Positions 40,052-56,400 of a stretch of 64,000 nucleotides of DNA are shown one piece after another. This DNA comes from the human T2T-CHM13v2.0 reference genome, Homo sapiens. The notes beneath the pieces are model-generated. The model was not told where the DNA came from. It did no database searches and worked only from the letters and a program-made list of their open reading frames with translations. Numbering within the stretch: the first letter of the stretch is position 1; each line of letters begins with the position of its first letter. The DNA is taken from the NCBI RefSeq assembly GCF_009914755.1, contig NC_060926.1; one strand, given 5' to 3'. A program made the position numbers and the translations under genes.

Positions 40052-40428
40052 CCATATTCGTCTGCTCGCATTGCTGTAACAAATTACCATAGCCTGGGTG
40101 GCTTAACCAGCAGAAGTTTATGTTCTTACAGTTGTGGAGGCTGGAAGTCTGAGAACACATTGTCAGCAGGATTGTTTCTCCTGACACCTTTCTCCTTAGC
40201 TTACAGCCAGCCCTCTTCTCCATGCAGTTGTCCCTCTGTGTGTGTCTGTGTGCTAATCTCTTCTTAAGAGGACCCCAGTTATGTCAAATTAGAGGGTACC
40301 CTAATCACCTCATGTGAACTTAATTTCCTCTTTAAATACCTTATCTCCAAATACAGTCATGTTCTGAGGTAGTGGGGGTTAGGATTTCAAAATACAAATT
40401 TTGAGAGGTCACTATTGAGTCCATAACA
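40052..40428 (-). mobile_element. MLT1A-family MaLR LTR
   Basis: gctgtaacaaattaccatagcctgggtggcttaa...tctccaaatacagtca...gtccataaca. Confidence 0.85.
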
Positions 40429-40496
40429 GGGACTAAAAAGCCAATGATAGCACCACATTCACTCTTCACCTGGAACAAATCATCATCACAATGTTA

Positions 40497-40853
<357 letters not shown>

Positions 40854-41264
40854 TGAAACAGACCAGCTGATGCATATCTTCCTAAGTTCCCAAATTAGGA
40901 TTCTGTTTAAGATAAACCTAATGCAGGGACTACAGTTAAGATTATAAATAAACTTTCATAAGCACTTAAACCTACACAATTAATTATGAATATCTTCTGC
41001 AACTATAGCCGTAAGTAAACTTCTCGGCACTGGCTTCCTTTTTTTTTTTTTTTTTTTTTATTATACTTTAAGTTTTAGGGTACATGTGCACATTGTGCAG
41101 GTTAGTTACATATGTATACATGTGCCATGCTGGTGCGCTGCACCCACTAACGTGTCATCTAGCATTAGGTATATCTCCCAATGCTATCCCTCCCCCCTCC
41201 CCCGACCCCACCACAGTCCCCAGAGTGTGATATTCCCCTTCCTGTGTCCATGTGATCTCATTGT

Positions 41265-45092
<3,828 letters not shown>

Positions 45093-45155
45093 TATGATGT
45101 TAGCTGGTGATTTTGCTCATTAGTTGATGCAGTTTCTTCCTAGTCTCAATGGTCT

Positions 45156-46171
45156 TTACATTTTGGCATGATTTTGCAGTGGCTGGTACCGGTTGTCCCT
45201 TTCCATGTTTAGCGCTTCCTTCAGGAGCTCTTTTAGGGCAGGCCTGGTGGTGACAAAATCTCTCAGCATTTGCTTGTCTATAAAGTATTTTATTTCTCCT
45301 TCACTTACAAGGCTAAGTTTGGCTGGATATGAAATTCTGGTTGAAAATTCTTTTCTTTAAGAATGTTGAATATTGGCCCCCACTCTCTTCTGGCTTGTAG
45401 GGTTTCTGCCGAGAGATCCGCTGTTAGTCTGATGGGCTTTCCTTTGAGGGTAACCCGACCTTTCTCTCTGGCTGCCCTTAACATTTTTTCCTTCATTTCA
45501 ACTTTGGTGAATCTGACAATTATGTGTCTTGGAGTTGCTCTTCTCGAGGAGTATCTTTGTGGCGTTCTCTGTATTTCCTGAATCTGAACATTGGCCTGCC
45601 TTGCTAGATTGGGGAAGTTCTCCTGGATAATATCCTGCAGAGTGTTTTCCAACTTGGTTCCATTCTCCACATCACTTTCAGGTACACCAATCAGACGTAG
45701 ATTTGGTCTTTTCACATAGTCCCATATTTCTTGGAGGCTTTGCTCATTTCTTTTTATTCTTTTTTCTCTAAACTTCCCTTCTCGCTTCATTTCATTCATT
45801 TCATCTTCCATTGCTGATACCCTTTCTTCCAGTTGATCGCATCGGCTCCTGAGGCTTCTGCATTCTTCACGTAGTTCTCGAGCCTTGGTTTTCAGCTCCA
45901 TCAGCTCCTTTAAGCACTTCTCTGTATTGGTTATTCTAGTTATACATTCTTCTAAATTTTTTTCAAAGTTTTCAACTTCTTTGCCTTTGGTTTGAATGTC
46001 CTCCCGTAGCTCAGAGTAATTTGATCGTCTGAAGCCTTCTTCTCTCAGCTCGTCAAAATCATTCTCCATCCAGCTTTGTTCCGTTGCTGGTGAGGAACTG
46101 CGTTCCTTTGGAGGAGGAGAGGCGCTCTGCTTTTTAGAGTTTCCAGTTTTTCTGTTCTGTTTTTTCCCAAT
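45156..46171 (-). pseudogene. ORF1: L1 ORF1 (RNA-binding protein), disrupted
   Basis: Track ORF 45305-46069 matches ORF1p; start codon reads ATT (46169-46171); 1-bp deletion near 45339 shifts the C-terminus. Confidence 0.95.
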
Positions 46172-46626
46172 CTTTGTGGTTTTATCTACTTTTGGTCTTT
46201 GATGATGGTGATGTACAGATAGGTTTTTGGCGTAGATGTCCTTTCTGGTTGTTAGTTTTCCTTCTAACAGACAGGACCCTCAGCTGCAGGTCTGTTGGAA
46301 TACCCTGCCGTGTGAGGTGTCAGTATGCCTCTGCTTGGGGGTGCCTCCCAGTTAGGCTGCTCGGGGGTCAGGGGTCAGGGACCCACTTGAGGAGGCAGTC
46401 TGCCCATTCTCAGATCTCCAGCTGCGTGCTGGGAGAACCACTGCTCTCTTCAAAGCTGTCAGACAGGGACACTTAAGTCTGCAGAGGTTACTGCTGTCTT
46501 TTTGTTTGTCTGTGCCCTGCCCCCAGAGGTGCAGCCTACAGAGGCAGGCAGGCCTCCTTGAGCTGTGGTGGGCTCCACCCAGTTCGAGCTTCCCGGCTGC
46601 TTTGTTTACCTAAACAAGCCTGGGCA

Positions 46627-46842
46627 ATGGCGGGCGCCCCTCCCCCAGCCTCTTTGCCGCCTTGCAGTTTGATCTCAGACTGCTGTGCTAGCAATCAGCG
46701 AGATTCCGTGGGTGTAGGACCCTCTGAGCCAGGTGTGGGATATAGTCTCATGGTGCGCCGTTTTTTAAGCCGGTCTGAAAAGCGCAATATTCGGGTGGGA
46801 GTGACCCGATTTTCCAGGTGCGTCCGTCACCCCTTTCTTTGA
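46627..46842 (+). CDS. ORF0: L1 antisense ORF0 (71 aa), intact reading frame
   Basis: MAGAPPPASLPPCSLISDCCASNQRDSVGVGPSEPGVGYSLMVRRFLSRSEKRNIRVGVTRFSRCVRHPFL; expression not demonstrable from sequence. Confidence 0.75.
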   Translation: MAGAPPPASLPPCSLISDCCASNQRDSVGVGPSEPGVGYSLMVRRFLSRSEKRNIRVGVTRFSRCVRHPFL

Positions 46843-47426
46843 CTCGGAAAGGGAACTCCCTGACCCCTTGCGCTTCCCAGGTGAGGCAATGCCTTGCCCT
46901 GCTTTGGCTCGCGCACGGTGCGCGCACACACTGGCCTGAGCCCACTGTCTGGCACTCCCTAGTGAGATGAACCCGGTACCTCAGATGGAAATGCAGAAAT
47001 CACCCGTCTTCTGCGTCGCTCACGCTGGGAGCTGTAGACCGGAGCTGTTCCTACTCGGCCATCTTGGCTCCTCCTTCCGGCACTGGCTTTCATTACCACC
47101 AATCCCTCTGCACACAGCAAGCTGGCACCATACCTTGGCCTGAAGTGGCTTCAGTGGACTCTCTTTGCTTCTGTGTCTGTTGTTGTCTGTAGATTTGGCC
47201 CTGATGTCCGGGTGGGTGGGCCCTTAGAGCTGAGTGATGCCCACACCCACTGAAGCCCTCTGCGGATGGCTGTGTGCCTCATCCCTGCCCCTCCCAGGGA
47301 TCTTTCCTTTTTCCTTCTTCTCTTCCTTCCCTTCTCCCTGATCTGCTCCTTCTCTCTCACTTGCAGTGGAAGTTAGCATGTGTTTTCCTGTGGACATCTT
47401 CTCACTGAGAGGAAAAGAACAGCCTG

Positions 47427-47830
47427 TGTTATGGGCTGAGTCGCGTCTCCCAACCCCAAATCTCAGATGTCGGAGTCCTAACCCCAGGACCTCAGAATGG
47501 AACTGTATTTGGAGACAGGGTCTTCAAAGGGGTGATTAAGTTAAATGAGGCAGTTAAGGACGCCCCTAGTGCAGTCTAACTGGTGTCCTCATAAGAAAAG
47601 GAAATTGGGACACAAAAAGAGACCCTACCATGTGAGTGGAGAGAGGGCCGGCCCCGCAAGGGCAGTAGGAAGGCAGCCGCTTGCAAGCCAAGGAGAGAGG
47701 CCTCAGAAGAAAGCTACCTGCCAACACTTTCATTTTGGAACTTCCAGCCTCTAGAACTGAGAGGAAGTGAATTCTTGATATCTCAGCCAACTCGTCTGTG
47801 GTCTTTTGTTATGGCAGCCTGAGCTGACTG
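47427..47830 (+). mobile_element. MLT1A/B-family MaLR LTR
   Basis: tgttatgggctgag...gtatttggagacagggtctt...cttccagcctctagaactgagag...ttgttatggcagcctgagctgact. Confidence 0.85.
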
Positions 47831-48279
47831 TTCCAGCCTCTCAGAAGTGCCATAGGGAGAATAATTCCTACCCCATTTCCTGTCTCCCACCGTCTCCCAC
47901 CTCTACCTCCACCTCCAGAATAAACATCTTTCTCTGTTTTATCCTGGAAATAGAACATATCCAGTGTCTCCAAAGTGGCCTGGCTGCAGACGTGTGGCAG
48001 AGACTGAGAAAGTTGCACATCTGATCGAAGCATTGATGGAGATATCTGGTGATCTGTGCTGAGATGGCACGAACACCTCCTCGGCCACTCGCTCCCATAG
48101 GCTTTATTCTGTTTTTAAAAACACCTTCATATGTATTACTCATTGTAACCTCACCACAGTGGAAAAACAGGAAGCATTCAAAGAAATTAAATTTTATAGA
48201 TGAAGAAACCAAAGTTCAAGGAAGTTAAATTGTTGGTCTGGCACCATATGACTTCCTGTTTTTAGAGTTTATGTCAGTT

Positions 48280-48883
48280 ACTGTGGTAGAATTAGTGTCT
48301 TCCCCAACATCATTCCAGCTTTCACTCTCTGGGCAGGTGGCACACTTTTGAAATATGGCATATCTGTTTGACTTGCTTTAACTAGTGAAATGTGTGGGGA
48401 GTGACACGTGTCACTCAGGGAGAAAGCTTCTAGGGCCAGTGTGCCATTCCCAAGACTCTCTTCCCAGCCTCCCATAGCCAGATCCCTGAGCAGCTGAGAT
48501 GGGCAGAGCTCCCCTGCCAACCCCTAAGGGGCATGGCACCTGAGTGAGAAATTAACTTGTATAAAACCCCTGGGGTGTGAGCATGGTTGTCATCATGCAC
48601 GACCTAACTTAACCTGACCAATACAGTTAAGATGCTATTGGCTGTGGGGAAAAGAAAATCCATCAGAAAGTGGCTCAACAATAAGGACATATATTATCTC
48701 CTGCAGAAAAAAGTCTGAAAACAGAGTAATTGCAAGTTTGGACAATTCTGAAGCTCAATGATGTCCTTGAGGACTCAGATGTTTTTCCACCTGCCATGGC
48801 CAGCACTTCATTTCCTCCCCTTAGAGGGACAAAATAGCGTCAGCAGCTCCAGCCATCACATCCTCACACAGAAATATCCAAGG

Positions 48884-48917
<34 letters not shown>

Positions 48918-49190
48918 CCCTTTCACGTGTCCCTTGCTAAGAATGAGCACAGCCTTTCCAGAAGTCTCCTTTCTGCAGTGGAGTTTCCTTCAAGCCTCCT
49001 TGACCAGATCTGTGTCACATGCCCACTCAAGTATCCAAGGGAACAAAATCAACATTGATTTGCTGGACGGATTGAGCTCCTTTCCCTGGGGCAGATGAGG
49101 GACCCATTCTCCCTGAAGCACAAGGTCACCTAATTCTGTTGGCAAGAAAGGGGAGCAGCACAGTTGTGAAGTCCCCAGTAGTGTTTGCTG
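48280..49190. mobile_element. Two adjacent old MLT1 (H/I/J/K-like) LTRs, with (GA)n at ~48888-48912
   Basis: ttgctttaactagtgaaatgtg...cctaacttaacctgaccaataca; then agtggctcaacaataaggac...tgtgtcacatgcccac. Confidence 0.6.
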
Positions 49191-50789
49191 TAAGGTTGAT
49201 TCGAGAACCTGAGTCCCTTACACCAAAAACTCGCCTCAAGAGTTAGAAGAGGAAGGTCCATGCTCACCCCTGACACTTTATGAATAAGCACAGAAAGATT
49301 CAGAGCTTCAAGGGGAGGAGCTGAGACTCACAAGCTCCTCAGCATTGAACACAGTGCTAGGCAGACGGTTCAGCCTCAGGGACAACCTTCAGGCCCATCT
49401 TCAGGCAGGGAAGTATTAATATTTTTCACATGTGCAGATGCAGACACCAAGACCTCCAGAGGTCGTGACTCCTGGGTTCTCAGCCAGTTAGTGGTGCAGG
49501 AGACCCGGGAACCAGGACTGCTGCTTCCCAGTACAATATCCATTTCTTACCCAGCTCCTGTTTGCACAACAGCGCTTGCTGATTGATTCATTAAAGTCCT
49601 GTTTGCTACTTTCACTTTGGGAAATAAACTGGCAGCTGAAATTATAACTAGATTTAAGAGAAGGATGACAGACCCAGATTGGAGCGTATGAAGGGAAACT
49701 TAATACATTCACATTGGGAACACTCAGAATTTGATATCAGGAAAAACGTCCCCATCTTTCCATTAAACACTTCCCTGGGACTTCCAGCAGAGACAGAAAT
49801 TTGGCCTGGGTAAAGCCAAGAAGCTGACCCAGTGTGGCAATTCTGACCCCCTTAATGGTGAGGATACAGGCCAGGGAATTTCTGATTTCAGAATAGTTTT
49901 CCCCAAAACATTAAATTGTTTTGAAGGAAGAGAGATGTGCCTTTTTTTGTGTGGGAGTAACTGTGTGATTGTATGTGTGTATATTGTGTATATGTGAGTT
50001 TATGTGCATGTATTTGTGAGTAGGTGCATGGTGTATATGCCTGCATGTGTGTATTTGTCTGTATATGTGTGTGTATGCATTTGTGCTTCCATTCTCCTGC
50101 TGAGGGTGGAGTGAGGAGGAATGGTATATGTGACCTTTCTGGTTATCTTTCTAATACTGCAAAGTCCACCTTTATATAAGGTGAAGGTTTCCATTTCCCT
50201 TGTCCTCAGAAATCCCCAAACACACTTGATTTATGGGATGCTCTTCTGCCTAAGTTCCCATGAATCAGACCAGTGCAGGAAACACTGAGGCGTCTCCCAG
50301 GAGGACAGCTGCTCAGTGCTGCCCAGCATCCCATTGTCTCCCCCTCAGTTACCGCTCGACTGCCCAGTTGGCTGCAGGAGGTTAGGCCTTACTTCCCCCA
50401 AATAGTGGTGAACAAACCTGGGGGAACAGAGCTTCTTTGCAGTCATAAGGTTCAGGATTGCCCAGGGCAGGACCTGGGGTTTTGGCTTGATGTGGCTCCA
50501 CACCCTAAAGGGCAGGCTGGTTTGTTGGGTTGGACCAGTTTTGGCCCAACTGGACCTTTCTGCTTTCTCCCTGAGTGACATGTGTTACTCCCCCTACATT
50601 TCATTGGTTAAAGCAACATCCAAACTTCATCTGTTGGACCCACTTTCTTTTGAGGTAAGCTGGAGCATTGCTATATGTGGTGGCTGTGGCATATTTGGTT
50701 TGTCCAGGGCCATGACAGGGTCTTTAGGCCAGTGTTGTGCCAGGGCCTGGCCACCTGGCATGTGACTGAGGTAAACACAAGCATCCATT

Positions 50790-51380
50790 CCTTCTTGCAT
50801 TTATTCGCCCCGTACAATTATTGAGTACCTATCATGTGCTGCGTGTTGAGTGAGGCACTATAGATGTAGGTAGGAGCAGAGAACTGTCCCTGCCCTCCAG
50901 GACAGTCTAATTGGAGAGACAGTCAATAAATAAGTAAACAGGTAACTGAGATCACCACAGACCGTGATAAGTGCTATGGGTAAAATAAACAGGGTGATGA
51001 TATTGAGGAACTGGGGACTGCCACTTTGAGTAGGGAGATTGGAGACCATTTCTCCAAAGAGAAAGATACATGAGTGGAGACTTCAAGGTTGAGAATCAGT
51101 CAGTCATGCAGAGGGCTGGGGAGAGCACCCCGGGGAGACAGAAAAAATGGTTATAAAGGTTCAGAGAGGAGGTTTGTGCCTGGAGTTGGTGAGATTAAGA
51201 AGGAAGGATGATGTGAGTCTGAGAGTAAGCGGGGCCAGACCAGTGGGTATTTGGAGGTCTTGTGAAGGAGTTTGGGTTTTATTTTCAGAGCAATTAAAAT
51301 CAATGGAAGATTCTCGAGCCAGAGATCCATGGTTAGCTTGTAAAAGGACCCTCTGGTTACTGTGTGGCAACCAGATTGAG
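50790..51380 (-). mobile_element. L2 LINE fragment
   Basis: ttattgagtacctatcatgtgc...gtccctgccctccagga...aggaccctctggttactgtgtgg. Confidence 0.75.
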
Positions 51381-52169
51381 TCCCATCTTCTCAACCTTGT
51401 TGGTAGTGGGCACAAGTCTCAGCCAGTGACTTGCTTTACTCGTCTAGGCAAATTGAGATGACCAGGTGATTTTCAACTCCTCACTTCCCCTGTGTGAGAC
51501 GGGGGTGCTCTGAGAATCCCCAGCCCTCCCAGGAGTAAGTGGAGCTTCAGGAGCTAGTGGGAGAAAGAAGACCAATGTAGAAGGCACGAGTCCTTGGCAT
51601 GTGTCCCAGTCTTGCTGTCAGGCTGTGTGGCTAAAGGGGACTCACTGCAATGCCACACAGCCTCTACCGCTTCCTTTACAAAATGGACACGCTGGCAGGC
51701 AGGTCACTTCTTGAGCACCAGGGGTATTTCTACTGAAAGTATTATAATGTCCATTGCATTGATGGAAACACTGAGACCCTGAGTACACCAAGGAGCAGTT
51801 TGGGGCCAGACTGCCCACCTCCTCAGCTGATGACATTCCAGACACACCAGACTCTGGGCACCCTGTCTCTCTCTTGGAGCCCACAGCCTAAGTCCTCTGG
51901 GGATAGAATGACAAAGGCTCCTTTGGTCGTTAGCCCAACAACTTTGAAGGGTGTATCATTTAAGATAATTTCAGCCAAAAGTAAAACATTCCCCAACTAA
52001 CAGTGGCTTAAACTATTAGGACATTATTACCTCAATAAGAATAACTCAGCAGGCAGGGATGTTAATACAGCAGGTCAGTGACAGCTGTGGGTCTGTTTCT
52101 CTGTGATTCTCTTCAATTCCTCCTCACAGTCACAAAATGGCTGCTGAAGCTCCAACCATAGCAAACTTT

Positions 52170-53060
52170 CATTAATTCATTCAACCAATATTTAATAAGT
52201 GCTACTGTGTGTCAAACACTTTTCTAGGTCCTGGGGACACATTCGTGAATAAAACTGACAAAAATCCCTGCCCTCAGGAGCTTCTATTCTGGGGATTGGG
52301 TGAGGCAATGAACAAAATAAATAAGAAAACTACATGGTATGTGACATAGTTTGAATATCTATCTCCACCCAAATCTCATGTTGAATTGTAATCCCCAGTA
52401 TGCGAGGTGGGGTTTGGTGGGAGGTGTTTGGATCATGGAAGCAGACCCCTCATGAATGGCTTGGGCCACCCCCTTGGTAATGAATGAGCTCTCACTCTGA
52501 GTTTGCACAAGATCTGGTTGTTGAAAAGTGTGTGGCACCTCCCTGCTCTCTGTCTTGCTCCCACTCCGGCCGTGGGATGCACCTGCTCCCCATTTGCCTT
52601 CTGCCATGTTTGGAAGCTTTCTGAGGCCACTATACTTCCTGTACAGCCTGCAGAACCATGAGCCAATTAAGCCTCTTTTCCTATGAACTACCCAGCCTCA
52701 GGTATTTCTTGACAGCAGTGCGAGAAGGACCTAACACAGTATGTTAGTGGTGTATGCTATGAAGAGTAATAAAAAAGGGAAAAGGAGGAGGAGAAGAAGG
52801 GTAAGGATTTGTTTTAATTTGGCAAGGAAAAGTCTCACTGCAAAGCTGACATCTGAGAAAAGACCCGGAGTATGTGAAAGAGAAGCCAGTGAAGACCTGG
52901 AGGGAAAGCCTAGGAGACAGCAAGTGCAAAGGCCCTGAGGCAAGAGTGCTTGGTATGTTCTAGAAAAGCAAAGGGGCCAGGGTGGCTGGGGGGTGTGATG
53001 GAGGAGGAATGTTGTAGAAAGTGAAACGAAGGGGGCCATAGGTCCTTGAAAGGAATGACA
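52170..53060 (-). mobile_element. L2 fragment interrupted by an MST LTR and flanked by MLT1 pieces
   Basis: ttcattcaaccaatatttaataagtgctactgtgtgtca...caagtgcaaaggccctgaggcaag. Confidence 0.75.
52342..52738 (+). mobile_element. MSTA-like MaLR solo LTR
   Basis: tgacatagtttg...ccaaatctcatgttgaattgtaatcccca...ctaacaca; 5-bp TSD gtatg. Confidence 0.9.
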
Positions 53061-55223
53061 GCTTGCCAAAGCACCAGGGGAAAGAAGGCCTCCCCTAAAG
53101 CTACCCTTTTGTTTAACAGAGAGGATTTCCCAGCAGTCTAGCCCACGCCAAAACTTTTCCTTGCATTTCACTGACATTTCACTGGGTCACGTGGCCACCC
53201 CTAACTACCCACTGACATGATGCATTCCCAGGGTCTGGGCACACCTCCCCCAAGCATATGCTCAACTCAGCGGCACTCTGTCAGCAAGAACAAAGGCAGA
53301 GTGACTGCTGGATACACAAGCAAGAGTGTCAGCCGCTCAGAAAGTTCTCGTTCAAGCAGTTTGCCCCTTGACATCAGTGGCAGAGCTTGGCTTCAGACCC
53401 CTGGCTCCTCTGACAGGTTATTAATCACAGTCAGGGCATGGGGAAGGAGTAGGGTCTGCCTGGGCCATGGGGGCTTCTCTGAAGCTGCTTCGATCTCAGG
53501 TCTCTGGTACATAAAAAGGTCTTTCCAATTAGAAAAAGAAGGTTTCTCCAATCAAAAAAGAAAATAGTACACAACTTTTAACTATGGAAATGTTCACTCA
53601 TATTCAAAGTGGGGAGAATGGTGCGATAACCCTTATGTATCTGTCTCCTGCAATATCTTCAGCTTTATCAGTACATGGACCCAAACAGGCCAATCCTGTT
53701 TCATCTATACCACCATCCACTCCCCCACCAAGGGTTGAAGTGCCAATAGGGACCCCAGTTCCTTTGAAGGCCTCTGTGTTCTGAAGATCCAGCTGGGGAA
53801 AGGGGCATGGAGAGTTGCGAAAGTCACCCAGCCCTGCCCAAAGCCATTCTAAGCCTGGAGCAGCCATGCTTCTGCAGTGTCACTTGCCCATAGCCGGCTG
53901 AAGGACACCAAAGCTTCTCCTGAATCATCCTAGCGTCAGCTCAGAAGCTACGGATGTTCACAAAATCATCTATAATTGGAGCACTTGGCCCATTAGGAAT
54001 TTGGATGGACCAGAGTATAAGTCCTCAGCACTGCTCAGAAAAAGTAAACACGAGCAATGCGAGATTTGACTTCTGTGCAGTTAATTTAAACTCCGCTCTG
54101 AATATAAATCAGCTACTTTAGTTCCGATCCACTCAGTCCCATCCCAAGGCCCACGCTGAATGATAAACACTGGCTGCTGGAAAGGGAGAAATCGTGAAAG
54201 GCAGAATGAACTATTTCCTTCAGCCCAAGTGAAGTTCCTGGACAAGCAAAGGACACTGCTCCTTTTGAAGAAAGCCTTCTTGGTGACATTCGGAAGACCT
54301 TCCTCTGGGCAGAAGGGTCTGCTTATTGGATGTGGAAAGCTAGCTAGCCTTAAGATTTTGAGGACCTGGCAGTGCTTCCAGGTGGAAGGGAAAACCACCC
54401 AAAGAGTCCCCATAAAAGTTTCTAGGGAATGACGCCATTATAAACCTCGTCTTAAAGGCCTGGGATCTTGTGTTTAAAGGCTATAATTAGAACAAGTAGG
54501 AGGGCGCAGAGCAAGCTATTCTGGCTTCGGGCTGCCTGATGTGGCTCCCTTGAATATCAGAGGTGGTGGCTAAGCTGATGGAGCACAGGGGGAAGGGAGG
54601 AGTGAGTGGAATGCAGCTCCACCTCCCTCCTAACTGCTAAAGGAATATAGAGGTCGCAGTTGGGTCTGTCCAAGAGGGGCCCTAGAGGAATACACCCATT
54701 CCAACTTCTCCCACTGAGCAAAAGCTGTCTCGAAGGCCATCAGGACAGAAGTGCCATGTTCCTGAGTGAAGATGGAGTTAATGCCTATGAGAAAGATCAG
54801 TCATGGCTGGTGAGAGCCCAAACCTTTCCTCCAATAGACTCTCCTGGACCCCAAGACTCCCATATCAGAGCTTCACTGCTGAGTCTAGACTTTAAAAATG
54901 CTGATATGCAGATCTATAACCTAGATGAATAGGCCCAGGTTCCGTTGTTCATTCAGTAAACATTATGACCTCCAGTTCCAGGTCACACAGTATGCTAGGT
55001 GATGGTGGTACAAAGCTGAAAAAACATGGACACTTCTCTCAAGTGTCAGCATATAATTTTCAAAAAGTTAGAAACATAAATTTTCTTACCAATATAGGGT
55101 GAATGTGTGCCAAAGATTTTACTCAACTTTTGAATTAAATAATGAGAGACCAGTAATATGGTAAAATTGGTTCCAAGAGCACTTCATGACTTAGAATGAT
55201 ATAGTCCATCAGGAAAAAGTATG

Positions 55224-55277
55224 AAAGAGAGAGAGAGGAGGAGGGAAGGAAGGAAGGAAAGAAAGAAAGAAGGAAGA
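55224..55277 (+). repeat. Polypurine (GA)n/(GGAA)n/(GAAA)n tract
   Basis: aaagagagagagaggaggagggaaggaaggaaggaaagaaagaaagaaggaag. Confidence 0.8.
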
Positions 55278-56049
55278 TTGTTAGGCTAGATCAAAACTGG
55301 TTAATGTCCTACAGGGCAATAACAGCATAATATTTGAGGTTATCTTTTTTTTTTTTTTTTTTTGCCAGACAGAAATCTGCAGCTAAACATGTCATTTCCC
55401 AGTGCCTAGGTGCTAACCAAATAGCATATACCATAGTCAAGCACAAGTACATTCTCTCTGAGAATTAAAAACGGTTTGTTAAACAATGCCCTGGTAAAAC
55501 ATTGAAGGACCTACTGTACTTCCTGTCTAGTTACAAGATTTCAAAACTTTTTTCTTGACACAAGAAATGTAGAATAACATGACAATCAACCCTCCAGATG
55601 AGACTAGGATTCAGGTCAATGGATAGAGACAGAGGAGAAAATATGGGCCTTGGAGCCGGGAAACCTGGGTATGAGTCCTGTCGCCCAGGTGTTGTGTGGC
55701 TTTGGGCAACTCATATTACCTCCTAAGCCATAGGTTCTTTCTCTGCTCATTGAGAATGTTGAACTGCATAGGCTCTGGTCCCCGCTTTGGCCCTAATATT
55801 TTCTGAATTACAATGGATTATGAAACAAGGCCATCAGGCAAGTCCTTCTGTCTGTAGTGGCAGAGCAGAGGAAAAGTGCCATGGTAGGTCTTCAGATAAC
55901 TGAAGAAGAGAGGGAAGGGGAGGAAGAGGGTGCATAAGAGCATCAAATGCAAAGACAGCGTACCAAAGACAGACAAAAGGATTTCCATCCAAGCTCTACC
56001 CTTCTCCCAGCCTCTTCTCCCAATCAGTAGTCTGGGATGTTGCAAAGAG

Positions 56050-56400
56050 TCAGGACAGGCTAGGTCATGCTGCAGTAACAAATTGATACTGAAATCTCAA
56101 CTGCTGAACACAACCAAAGTTTATTTCTTCCTTGTAGAATTCTAGTGGGCAGCTGTCCCATGTGATGACTAAGAAATTCATACTTTTTCTACCCTATATA
56201 TCTACTATCTTTGTGTGTAGCTTCCTGAGTCACTGTAGCAGAGCAAGAGAGAGCATAGAGCACCCACACCTGCTTTTAACTACATGTAACTTGTACTCTT
56301 GGGGCATTGGCTAAAACTAGTCACATGGTTCCAACTAAATCAAGGGGGCTGAGAAGTAAATCTTCCATGGATCTAGGAAGAAGAGAAGAACCAGATATTT
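56050..56400 (-). mobile_element. Old MLT1-type LTR
   Basis: aggctaggtcatgctgcagtaacaa...cattggctaaaactagtcacatgg. Confidence 0.65.
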
